Origin: a virus
Virus record (IMG/VR): IMGVR_UViG_3300025876_000005
Span: 1-64,000 of that record
Reading direction: 5' to 3' (one strand)
Length of the DNA: 64,000 bases
A model generated the notes under the pieces. The model did no database searches. It saw only the letters and a list, made by a program, of their open reading frames with translations, and was not told the DNA's origin. A program made the position numbers and the translations under genes. Shown here in pieces: positions 16,084-23,784 of the stretch (the stretch's first letter is position 1; every line of letters starts with the position of its first letter).

Positions 16084-16770
16084 ATGGCAGGAGATAGTCT
16101 TAAATTTAGATCAGAGAATAGCGTGTTGAGTAAGATTAACGGCACGCCTGATCCTACAGTATCTCAAGATCTCACAAGTACAACATCCGATGCGAGTAAT
16201 AACGGTAGCTCTAAGATTACCGACAATCAGAGCGAACTCTCTGCAAAAGAGGGCCAAGGTTTAAATAAGGTCAATAACGCTGAAGATCCAGCTAAAGGCT
16301 CAGACGGTTTAAGCGTAAATGACATGAAAAATAAGTCTAGCGCTAAATCCTCAGAAAAATCAGACTTAGCTCCTATTAATGAAACGAAAGTGGATGCAAA
16401 GAGTGATGCTGATGGTAATATAGTTTCAAATATTTATAACTCTGGTAAATCTTATGTTAGCGACTGGTTAAAGACTAGAAAAGAAGAAGCTATTAATAAG
16501 CTAAGAGAATATGCCATTGAAAGTGTTAGTAATATAACAAACCCTAAAAGTGATGACGGGCCTGATTCTAATGAAAATACACGTTCTACGCCTAAGTCAA
16601 GTATGGGCAGAGTACCGGCTTTAGATGCTCAACGACCATCACCTGAAATACCGAACACAACAGGCCAAAAGGAAATACCAAGTCCTAAGATGCCGCCTCG
16701 AACTCCGGCAAATGCAATGCCAAAGATGAACATGCCGAAGGTATCTGTTCCTAAGATGAGATTTAGATAA
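16084..16770 (+). CDS. Low-complexity, probably disordered protein
   Basis: S/N/D/K-rich with a Pro-rich MPK-repeat tail; has its own promoter-like motif and terminator. Confidence 0.6.
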   Translation: MAGDSLKFRSENSVLSKINGTPDPTVSQDLTSTTSDASNNGSSKITDNQSELSAKEGQGLNKVNNAEDPAKGSDGLSVNDMKNKSSAKSSEKSDLAPINETKVDAKSDADGNIVSNIYNSGKSYVSDWLKTRKEEAINKLREYAIESVSNITNPKSDDGPDSNENTRSTPKSSMGRVPALDAQRPSPEIPNTTGQKEIPSPKMPPRTPANAMPKMNMPKVSVPKMRFR

Positions 16771-16794
16771 TTTAGATTGAACAAGATAGATCTT

Positions 16795-16819
16795 GGGCCC
16801 CATTGGGGCCCTTTTTTTT
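16795..16819 (+). terminator. Intrinsic terminator
   Basis: GGGCCCC-ATT-GGGGCCC followed by T8. Confidence 0.85.
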
Positions 16820-16886
16820 GCAAAAAAGTTGCAAAAAAGTTTTCTAGTGTCAATCTTTTTGTTTATATTTACACTGTAATTAAAAC
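16820..16886 (+). promoter_or_regulatory. Early promoter cassette
   Basis: 32-nt identity to 5351-5382; TATATTTA-CACTGTAATTAAAA. Confidence 0.7.
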
Positions 16887-16895
16887 AAAGCAATT

Positions 16896-17159
16896 ATGAC
16901 ACCATTTTGGAACGATAACGGAACAATGCAATTCTTCGAGGTTGGACAATTCGACTGGCAAAAGGATAACAAGGCGTTTGTACAAGAAGCAAGTATGCTT
17001 GGCATTGGAACTCCAGCAACGACCCTGATAATTAAGAACCCTAAGACTGGTAATCTCAAGAGTTTTAAGATGTGTGGTATCGATCGCGATGCTGAAGAAA
17101 TCTACGGCTGGCGATATAAAACTAACGATGGTCTCAAAGCGCTTATTATTAACGACTAA
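16896..17159 (+). CDS. Hypothetical protein
   Basis: ORF directly after the early promoter cassette. Confidence 0.6.
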   Translation: MTPFWNDNGTMQFFEVGQFDWQKDNKAFVQEASMLGIGTPATTLIIKNPKTGNLKSFKMCGIDRDAEEIYGWRYKTNDGLKALIIND

Positions 17160-17163
17160 AATT

Positions 17164-17574
17164 ATGAACATGGAATATACATTTAACGCAAACGAAGTCC
17201 ACTGTAATGGTGTTGGTGGATATGGTTACCAAGCAGCTCTAAAATCAAAAGATCTAATCGAGTCTACCATCTTAAAGGTCCGCTTAGATCTTGGTCTTAA
17301 TGAAATCTGGAGTAGAATTATTGCAGCAGACCCTAACGGTGACTATCACCAAGGCAGTCGCTTTAACCATCTTGATAATATAGTTTCTCGACTAACAACA
17401 GGTCTTGGCAATTGGGCCTGGAATAAGTTTGAGAACGAAGAGCTTGTTGAGATGAATATTAAGCACATTCTTGAAACTATCACTAAAGAAGATGCTATAA
17501 CTATCGTGGTCGACGCGCATCGTGATTGCGCTGGTGCAGACCACTGGTACACATTCGAAAAAGACTGGGGCTAA
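17164..17574 (+). CDS. Hypothetical protein (start 17164 or 17170)
   Basis: In-frame ATGs just after the upstream stop. Confidence 0.6.
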   Translation: MNMEYTFNANEVHCNGVGGYGYQAALKSKDLIESTILKVRLDLGLNEIWSRIIAADPNGDYHQGSRFNHLDNIVSRLTTGLGNWAWNKFENEELVEMNIKHILETITKEDAITIVVDAHRDCAGADHWYTFEKDWG

Positions 17575-17575
17575 G

Positions 17576-17776
17576 ATGCAACACATTATTTACTACTTAC
17601 TTGGAGGAATCCTGTTCAACTTTATCTACGACTTGCTTGTAGATAAGTTGGGCAATAAGGCTCTACGCTTTACAATGAAAGAGCGGATTGCAGTCGGTCT
17701 AATCTGGCCAATCTATACTATTATGTTTATACGAAACCTTTTCATACACCTCTTTAAAAATAACCAAGATGACTAA
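17576..17776 (+). CDS. Small membrane protein
   Basis: Two hydrophobic segments, LIWP motif. Confidence 0.55.
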   Translation: MQHIIYYLLGGILFNFIYDLLVDKLGNKALRFTMKERIAVGLIWPIYTIMFIRNLFIHLFKNNQDD

Positions 17777-18686
17777 TTTAGGCTACTGCTGTATCAATAT
17801 TGAACTACGCAAAGACAAGATCACTACCAATCGTGGTATGATTAAACGCACCTTTCAAGAAAAGGGCATTGCATACGCATCAGAACTAACCTTAAACAAC
17901 ATCCGAGATCTAATTGAGATCATCAAGTGGAACCATAAGAACGGCATTACGCTTTACCGTATGTCCAGCGACATCTTTCCATGGATGAGTGAATACGAAC
18001 TCAAAGACTTACCAGACTATAAGAAGATCTCAATCCTACTCAACGGTGTGGGTCATCTGGCAAAGAAATACGGTCAACGCCTGACCTTTCACCCTGGTCA
18101 TTTCAACGTGCTTGCTAGCACAAATCAGGCTGTAGTTGACAAGACTATTAGAGAATTAGACCAACATGCTGAGATCATGGATCTTATGGGTTTACCAGAG
18201 ACTCATTACGCTGCAATCAACATTCATGTTAATACAACTCAAGGTGGCAAGCAAGAATGTCTGGCTAGATTCAGACAGAACTTTAAATTGCTTAAACCGA
18301 CTACACAAGCACGTCTTGTTGTAGAGAACGACGACAAGCGGTCTCAGTACGCAGTAGAGGACCTCTATGACGGTCTTTACACTCACCTTAATATACCAAT
18401 CACTTTTGACTATCATCATCACTGGTGCCATCCAGGCCATTTAGATCAAGAAGCAGCGCTCCGACTTGCTAGTAAGACTTGGCACAGATCAATCAAACAA
18501 CTTTGCCATTACTCTTCAGCTAAATGCGTTTACGAAGATGAAAGTGTAATGAACCGCGCACATGCCGATTACATCTATGATCCGATTGACGACTACGGCC
18601 TAGACCTTGACATTGAGATAGAAGCCAAGGCTAAAGAGAAGGCAGTGCAACGTTATCTGAAACAATACACATTAGAACTCGTATAA
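17769..18686 (+). CDS. uvsE: UV-damage endonuclease UvsE/UVDE
   Basis: LGYCCIN, LYRMSSDIFP, RLTFHPGHF.VLAS, INIHV, RLVVENDDK, FDYHHH, HAD, EAKAKE. Confidence 0.93.
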   Translation: MTNLGYCCINIELRKDKITTNRGMIKRTFQEKGIAYASELTLNNIRDLIEIIKWNHKNGITLYRMSSDIFPWMSEYELKDLPDYKKISILLNGVGHLAKKYGQRLTFHPGHFNVLASTNQAVVDKTIRELDQHAEIMDLMGLPETHYAAINIHVNTTQGGKQECLARFRQNFKLLKPTTQARLVVENDDKRSQYAVEDLYDGLYTHLNIPITFDYHHHWCHPGHLDQEAALRLASKTWHRSIKQLCHYSSAKCVYEDESVMNRAHADYIYDPIDDYGLDLDIEIEAKAKEKAVQRYLKQYTLELV

Positions 18687-18700
18687 GCATTAAAATATTT

Positions 18701-18928
18701 ATGAAAAACATTTTATCTAAATTGGCTAGTGGTTTTAGAGCATTCCTTAGAATCTGCTCTAAATACCAAATGTCTATTCAGTCAACTATCTTTTGGATTG
18801 TTGCTATCATGAACATTGGTTCTGATAGATTTTGGTTATTTGCTATTCCAGCTATTATTTTTAGCGGACTAGGAGAGATTATTGGAGAACTACGTAAATC
18901 AAATACAGAGCAAAATGGCAAATCTTAA
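18701..18928 (+). CDS. Small membrane protein
   Basis: Hydrophobic hairpin. Confidence 0.5.
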   Translation: MKNILSKLASGFRAFLRICSKYQMSIQSTIFWIVAIMNIGSDRFWLFAIPAIIFSGLGEIIGELRKSNTEQNGKS

Positions 18929-19157
18929 ATTACAAGCACTTAAAGCGCGCTATCAAGCTAGAAAGCTTGAAGCATTAGCTGAACTAGAAAACTATATGTC
19001 AAATTCGGCTGGGATCGGGGAGCACCCGCACATTGTTGACGAAATGGACAAATTGGTATCTGCAATCGCAGATGCAGATGGTTGCATGCAGGTTCTAGAT
19101 GAGGTATTCACATCGTCACCTGAAGGCAACACCCAGACAAATGCCGTGAATAGTTGA
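18915..19157 (+). CDS. Conserved T4-like phage hypothetical protein
   Basis: Y..NSAGIGEHP.IVDEMDKL motif seen in T4-like phage small proteins. Confidence 0.6.
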   Translation: MANLKLQALKARYQARKLEALAELENYMSNSAGIGEHPHIVDEMDKLVSAIADADGCMQVLDEVFTSSPEGNTQTNAVNS

Positions 19158-19180
19158 TTAGGCCTTAGTTTAGCTTTAGC

Positions 19181-19210
19181 AGAGGAGTCACGTTGTGGCT
19201 CCTCTTTTTT
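19181..19210 (+). terminator. Intrinsic terminator, followed by GATATATA (19213-19220)
   Basis: AGAGGAGTCAC-GTT-GTGGCTCCTCT followed by a T-run. Confidence 0.85.
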
Positions 19211-19224
19211 ATGATATATAAACC

Positions 19225-19947
19225 ATGAGGCATATAGAGACTTATAATGATTTTATCAACGAAGGCAGAAGCAAGTACGATGGCTTAGCCAATAAACTCG
19301 TGAGCCAAAACTTTAAGAAGTGGATTAAAGACTGGAAGAGTGGCAAGAAGCTATCGACCTTTATGCTAAGCGTTGAAGAGCGTGGACTAATCTTTGATCT
19401 TACTTCAACGATCTACTTTGGTGACGTTGAAGGTCAGCAGATAAAAGGCTTTGAAGTCTTAGATTCAACTGGCGCTGACGGTAGAGATGAGTATTACGAT
19501 GATGAAGGCGATCTAGTGGATCAGGATCCTTATATCTTAATTGACTTTGCAATCAACGATGAGTGGCTGCCTGGCGAATGGCAAACGGTCTATATGCACC
19601 TTGCCGACGTAATGCGCCACGAGATGGAACATATTACCCAAGACGGTAAAAGTGTCGGAAACTACAGAATGGGCAAACCAGATGAAGATGACTCTGAAAT
19701 GCGAGCCTTGATTAAAATGGGCTTCTTACCAAAGTATCATTACTTGATGCTACCAAAAGAAGTAGATGCTAATCTACAAGGCTTAAGGTATGAGGCTAAG
19801 AAACGTAAAGAGTCGATTGCAGATGCTATTAACAGATATTTAGACGTTCAACAAGAACAAGATGTGATAGATAATGAAACAAGAGCTGAAGTTTTAGACC
19901 TTTGGCGCAGAAGAGCACAAAAAATAGGTGGCATTGGTAAATTCTAA
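19225..19947 (+). CDS. HExxH (zincin-like) protein with capsid-targeting-like leader
   Basis: MRHIETYNDFINE leader; RHEMEHITQ followed by Y...PKEVDA (third ligand-like Glu). Confidence 0.6.
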   Translation: MRHIETYNDFINEGRSKYDGLANKLVSQNFKKWIKDWKSGKKLSTFMLSVEERGLIFDLTSTIYFGDVEGQQIKGFEVLDSTGADGRDEYYDDEGDLVDQDPYILIDFAINDEWLPGEWQTVYMHLADVMRHEMEHITQDGKSVGNYRMGKPDEDDSEMRALIKMGFLPKYHYLMLPKEVDANLQGLRYEAKKRKESIADAINRYLDVQQEQDVIDNETRAEVLDLWRRRAQKIGGIGKF

Positions 19948-20867
19948 TGAAGATCAATACAACATATAATGATTTCTTAAACGAGAAGAAGAACAAGAAG
20001 AATTCAATTAAGTCTAAGGTCAAGAAGATTGACAAGAAGATTAAGAAGACTGTTGGCAAACAAGAAGATTTAGTTAAAACAGCCAAAGAGCTTGCTGATT
20101 CTCCGGAACCTTCTGATAAGATGAAGGCTTCACTAGCTAAGGTGCAACTACGTCAGTCTTCAGCAAAGGCACAAGAATTGGTTATGCGCAAAGAGGCTGA
20201 AATCTTAAAGAATAAAATTAAGGCTGCTAAGAAAAAAGAAAGAGCAACCAACGAAGATATGAAATTTGTAAAGCTCTTTGAAGAATTTGTTACCGAGAAG
20301 AAGCCGAAAGGCGCACCGGACTTTCATCACTCAGATGCACCGGATGCTGAAGGTCGCTTCAGAGATCTTTCTATTAAGGATCTAGCTGCTTGGCTAATTA
20401 AGACTCGCAAGAAGGATGTTAAGAAGATTAGTGGTTCATTAACTCAACAATACGTCTTTAATCGCAACGACGATCCAGACTACGCTGAGAAGATGCAGAA
20501 GACTCGCAAAGAGGTTTATAAGCAACTTGGTAGAGAAGATCTAATTGACAAGATGGATGAGTCTTTAAATGAGTCAAATTATTATCCAGGTTTTGATGGT
20601 GTTAAGATTACCGGCTACGTTGAAGGCGATAAGGCTAAGTTAAACCACATTGAAGTTAAAGCTGCACAAAGAGGTGGTGGAATTGGCTCAAAGGCGGTTG
20701 CTGACTTTGAAAGATGGGCTAAAGAACAAGGTGCTAAATATGTAGAGATTGATGCATATAAGAAATCAATCAAGTTTTGGGAGAAGATGGGCTATGAACT
20801 AGAGAAAGAGTTTCCAGTGATGTATGGACATAAACAAGATTACAAAACTGGAATAAAAGAACTATGA
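19947..20867 (+). CDS. Multi-module protein with two targeting-like peptides and a C-terminal GNAT domain
   Basis: MKINTTYNDFLNE; internal MKFVKLFEEFVTE; ESLNES linker; HIEV..AQRGGGIGS..V, A..SIKFWEKMGY. Confidence 0.65.
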   Translation: MKINTTYNDFLNEKKNKKNSIKSKVKKIDKKIKKTVGKQEDLVKTAKELADSPEPSDKMKASLAKVQLRQSSAKAQELVMRKEAEILKNKIKAAKKKERATNEDMKFVKLFEEFVTEKKPKGAPDFHHSDAPDAEGRFRDLSIKDLAAWLIKTRKKDVKKISGSLTQQYVFNRNDDPDYAEKMQKTRKEVYKQLGREDLIDKMDESLNESNYYPGFDGVKITGYVEGDKAKLNHIEVKAAQRGGGIGSKAVADFERWAKEQGAKYVEIDAYKKSIKFWEKMGYELEKEFPVMYGHKQDYKTGIKEL

Positions 20868-21403
20868 AATTTATAAAGACATTTGAGGATTGGAATAATG
20901 TATCGCCAGAACTAAAGGCTCACATCGATGAGGACCTTGACTTAACCAATTCATTCTTTAGACTGGGCAGTGAGGCCTATGCTAAACTTTTTGAAGAGGT
21001 AAAAGAGTACTGGGATAAAGGCAACATCATTCTTAAAGGTCCAAGCGGTTGGATGGCTAAAAACCTTGAAGTTGGTAAGCCAGCAGTCTATAAAGAACGT
21101 GGCGGTAAGGCCAAGAAGGTTAAACTGGATTCACCAGAACGTGGTGGCAATAAGAAGTTTATTGTCTATCGTAACACTGGTCGAACTGATGAAGACGGTA
21201 ATATTCTAGCTAAGAAGATTGAATGGGGAGACCCGAAACTTGCAGTTAAGAATGATGACCCTGGGGCAGCGGCTTCATTCTGGGCAAGACATAAATGTGA
21301 CACTAAAGCTAAACAAGATCCTAATAAAGCCGGCTTCTGGGCTTGTTATGGGCCAACACTTTTTGGCAAACAACTAGGGCTTAAATCAGATCAACCATGG
21401 TAA
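20864..21403 (+). CDS. Hypothetical protein with capsid-targeting-like leader
   Basis: MKFIKTFEDW leader; KKF.VY...WGDP...SFWARHKC...AGFWAC phage motif. Confidence 0.6.
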   Translation: MKFIKTFEDWNNVSPELKAHIDEDLDLTNSFFRLGSEAYAKLFEEVKEYWDKGNIILKGPSGWMAKNLEVGKPAVYKERGGKAKKVKLDSPERGGNKKFIVYRNTGRTDEDGNILAKKIEWGDPKLAVKNDDPGAAASFWARHKCDTKAKQDPNKAGFWACYGPTLFGKQLGLKSDQPW

Positions 21404-21702
21404 CGCACGAAGAAATGATAGAGATGATTGAAGACCAGCGTAAACCCTTTACTGAAGAGCGCTACGATGGTTATATCATGCGTCATTTTGATTCAAGCTA
21501 CCCGGAACACTTATTCAAATGGCACTGGGATGAAGAGGACCGAACAATAGAGGTTCTTGAAGACAATGACTGGCGCTTTCAGTATGACAATGAAATGCCA
21601 ATTCCAATGCTAACAGGTGTGGATATTAATATCCCAGCTGGAACTATCCACAGAGTAATCAAAGGCACAGCTGTGTTAAGCGTAAAAATATTATTTGATT
21701 AG
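21397..21702 (+). CDS. Cupin-like protein
   Basis: WHWDEEDR...W.FQ.DN..P...IPAGTIHRVIKG. Confidence 0.6.
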   Translation: MVTHEEMIEMIEDQRKPFTEERYDGYIMRHFDSSYPEHLFKWHWDEEDRTIEVLEDNDWRFQYDNEMPIPMLTGVDINIPAGTIHRVIKGTAVLSVKILFD

Positions 21703-21744
21703 CAAGATATATAAAACCTAAGCACAAAAATAAAACTAAAGAAA

Positions 21745-22329
21745 ATGGCTAGAAAAATTTTATCATTTGAGGAGTACTCAAAGAAAGTAAACGCACCAGA
21801 CGTTAGTGAAGAAGAAACTGACGAGGTGGCAACTGAAGACAGAGCTGAAGAGATCGAGGACGATGGCATAGAGACGGCTAACGAAGAAGATGAAGACGAG
21901 TCTGAAGAACTAGAAGGCGAAGAGTCTGATGAGGACGAGGATGAAGACGAGGATGAAGACGACGACGATGATGAGGACGAGGATGAAGACGAGGATGAGG
22001 ATGAAGACTCTGAAGAGGAGTCTGAAGAAGTTAAGTTAGCATCTGAAATGTTAAAAGAAGTCTACGAATCTGCGTGTAACGAAGCTAAAGCATATGAAGG
22101 TGATGATTACCAAGAACATACCGTAGAATCTTACATGAAAGAGATGGCAGCTCTTAATGCTGGCATGATGGCTGAAATGTATGAGTCTGCGTGTGAAGGT
22201 GTTAAAGAAGGTGAAATGACTGTTGAAATGTACGAAGCATCATGTAACGAGATGAAAGAAGCCTATGCTAAGAAGATGGATGAAATGATGGAAGCGTGGT
22301 CGGCTGATGCACCTGCTACTGAAGACTAA
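21745..22329 (+). CDS. Highly acidic protein (possible head core/scaffold-type)
   Basis: KILSFEEY leader; long D/E tract; three YE(S/A)(A/S)C repeats; GATATATA at 21706. Confidence 0.6.
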   Translation: MARKILSFEEYSKKVNAPDVSEEETDEVATEDRAEEIEDDGIETANEEDEDESEELEGEESDEDEDEDEDEDDDDDEDEDEDEDEDEDSEEESEEVKLASEMLKEVYESACNEAKAYEGDDYQEHTVESYMKEMAALNAGMMAEMYESACEGVKEGEMTVEMYEASCNEMKEAYAKKMDEMMEAWSADAPATED

Positions 22330-22351
22330 ACTAAATAAAAATAAATTAAGA

Positions 22352-23110
22352 ATGGCTAAAATATTTTACGTAACAGAAAGAACGCCAGATTATGCTCAGG
22401 TGAATTTCTTTAAGACAGAAAAAGAGGCTTTGGAATATGGTATCTCTGAATTACCACAATTCGACATGTATGACGAACCAACGAACGATGAAGAGGCTGA
22501 TGGTGAAGAATGGTACCAAGGAGACTCTCTAACATTTAAAAAAGGAATCTTATTTTCATTTGAAGGTGGCGAGGTCTACGTTCAAGCAATGGAAGAAGAC
22601 GCAGCTAGAGAATATGTTGAAGAGCTTGGTGAAGAAGGTGGAGCTATTTTCTTTGATGGCTTTAGCAGAGGAATGTATGGTTATCTAGGCACAGCAGCTG
22701 ACGGTAAAGGTTTCAAATGGGACTGGGATGGCTACGATCTTAATGAGTCAAAAAATGAAATACATAAAATGAAATACACAAAAACATTTGAATCATTTGT
22801 AAATGGTTCTACAAAAGAGCTTAACGAAAAAGTAAACGCATCAGGTTACATTAAAGCTGGTAAATTAGGTTATAACGATCAATTCCTAGGAAGACAATCA
22901 CTTTCTAAAACATTATCATTAGATTTAGGTTTTGATAAAAAGAACGAATTTGGTGGTGGAGATTGGATTGGATTCGATCACGTATCAATGTACGCTTCTG
23001 GTAAAAAGGGTGGAACTATAATAGATGACGCACTAACCGGTAAATATACATATGATGAGTTAAAGGCAGCAGCTGCTAAACACTTTGGCATTAGCGAATC
23101 AGGTAGTTAA
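22352..23110 (+). CDS. Two-module hypothetical protein with internal targeting-like peptide
   Basis: Start reassigned to ATG 22352; internal LNES...MKYTKTFESFVN (ATG 22769). Confidence 0.6.
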   Translation: MAKIFYVTERTPDYAQVNFFKTEKEALEYGISELPQFDMYDEPTNDEEADGEEWYQGDSLTFKKGILFSFEGGEVYVQAMEEDAAREYVEELGEEGGAIFFDGFSRGMYGYLGTAADGKGFKWDWDGYDLNESKNEIHKMKYTKTFESFVNGSTKELNEKVNASGYIKAGKLGYNDQFLGRQSLSKTLSLDLGFDKKNEFGGGDWIGFDHVSMYASGKKGGTIIDDALTGKYTYDELKAAAAKHFGISESGS

Positions 23111-23204
23111 CGAAGGTCTTACTAAAAAAGATCTTAAAGATGTTTAAAAGCGTGGATATGGCGCAACATTAGATGACGGTGTTATTGAAAAGCCTGAGTA
23201 CTAA
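23103..23204 (+). pseudogene. Decayed C-terminal module of the upstream gene
   Basis: The +1 frame reads (ES)VVNEGLTKKDLKDV*KRGYGATLDDGVIEKPEY*. Confidence 0.4.
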
Positions 23205-23227
23205 GAACTACATACTATAAACTTTAT

Positions 23228-23259
23228 AAAGGTCATGCATATAATGCATGACCTTTTTT
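23228..23259 (+). terminator. Intrinsic terminator overlapping a putative promoter
   Basis: 13-bp perfect stem AAAGGTCATGCAT/ATGCATGACCTTT followed by a T-run. Confidence 0.8.
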
Positions 23260-23271
23260 ATTTAAAGAAAT

Positions 23272-23784
23272 ATGCCAAGAATCGCAATTGAAAAAATATA
23301 CATGCAGACAGCATACCAGTTTGCAAAGCTAAGCTATGCTAAAAGACGCAAGGTTGGCTGTGTAATTGTTAAGAACCAACAATTAATCTCATTTGGCTAT
23401 AATGGTATGCCGTATGGTTTTGATAACCAATGCGAGGATGACCATACTTTATACTATGAGGATCCAGAAGGTACTTTAGATCTAATCGAAAAAGGATATG
23501 AATGTAGTGATGGCTGCTGTACTAAAGAAGATGCTGTAACCAAGCGTGAGGTTCTACACGCAGAATCAAATGCTATTATGAAGGTTGCTAAGTCAACTAT
23601 GAATTGCGATGGTGCTGAACTTTATACTACAACTTGCCCGTGTTTTGATTGTGCAAAATTGATTATTCAAGCCGGTATCTCAAAAGTCTACTACTCAGAA
23701 GACTATCGTGATATGAGTGGTGTAGAACTACTAAAGAAAGCTAATATTGACGTTGAAGAAGTTATCTGTTGGAACGACCTATAA
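23272..23784 (+). CDS. dCMP deaminase
   Basis: KVGCVIV, GYNG.P, HAESNAI, PCFDCAKLIIQAGI. Confidence 0.93.
   Translation: MPRIAIEKIYMQTAYQFAKLSYAKRRKVGCVIVKNQQLISFGYNGMPYGFDNQCEDDHTLYYEDPEGTLDLIEKGYECSDGCCTKEDAVTKREVLHAESNAIMKVAKSTMNCDGAELYTTTCPCFDCAKLIIQAGISKVYYSEDYRDMSGVELLKKANIDVEEVICWNDL

Noticed and set aside
5341-16886. Dispersed ~30-nt repeats as CRISPR repeats or IS ends
   Set aside because: They are kilobases apart, sit upstream of genes and contain promoter-like boxes; no transposase or integrase seen
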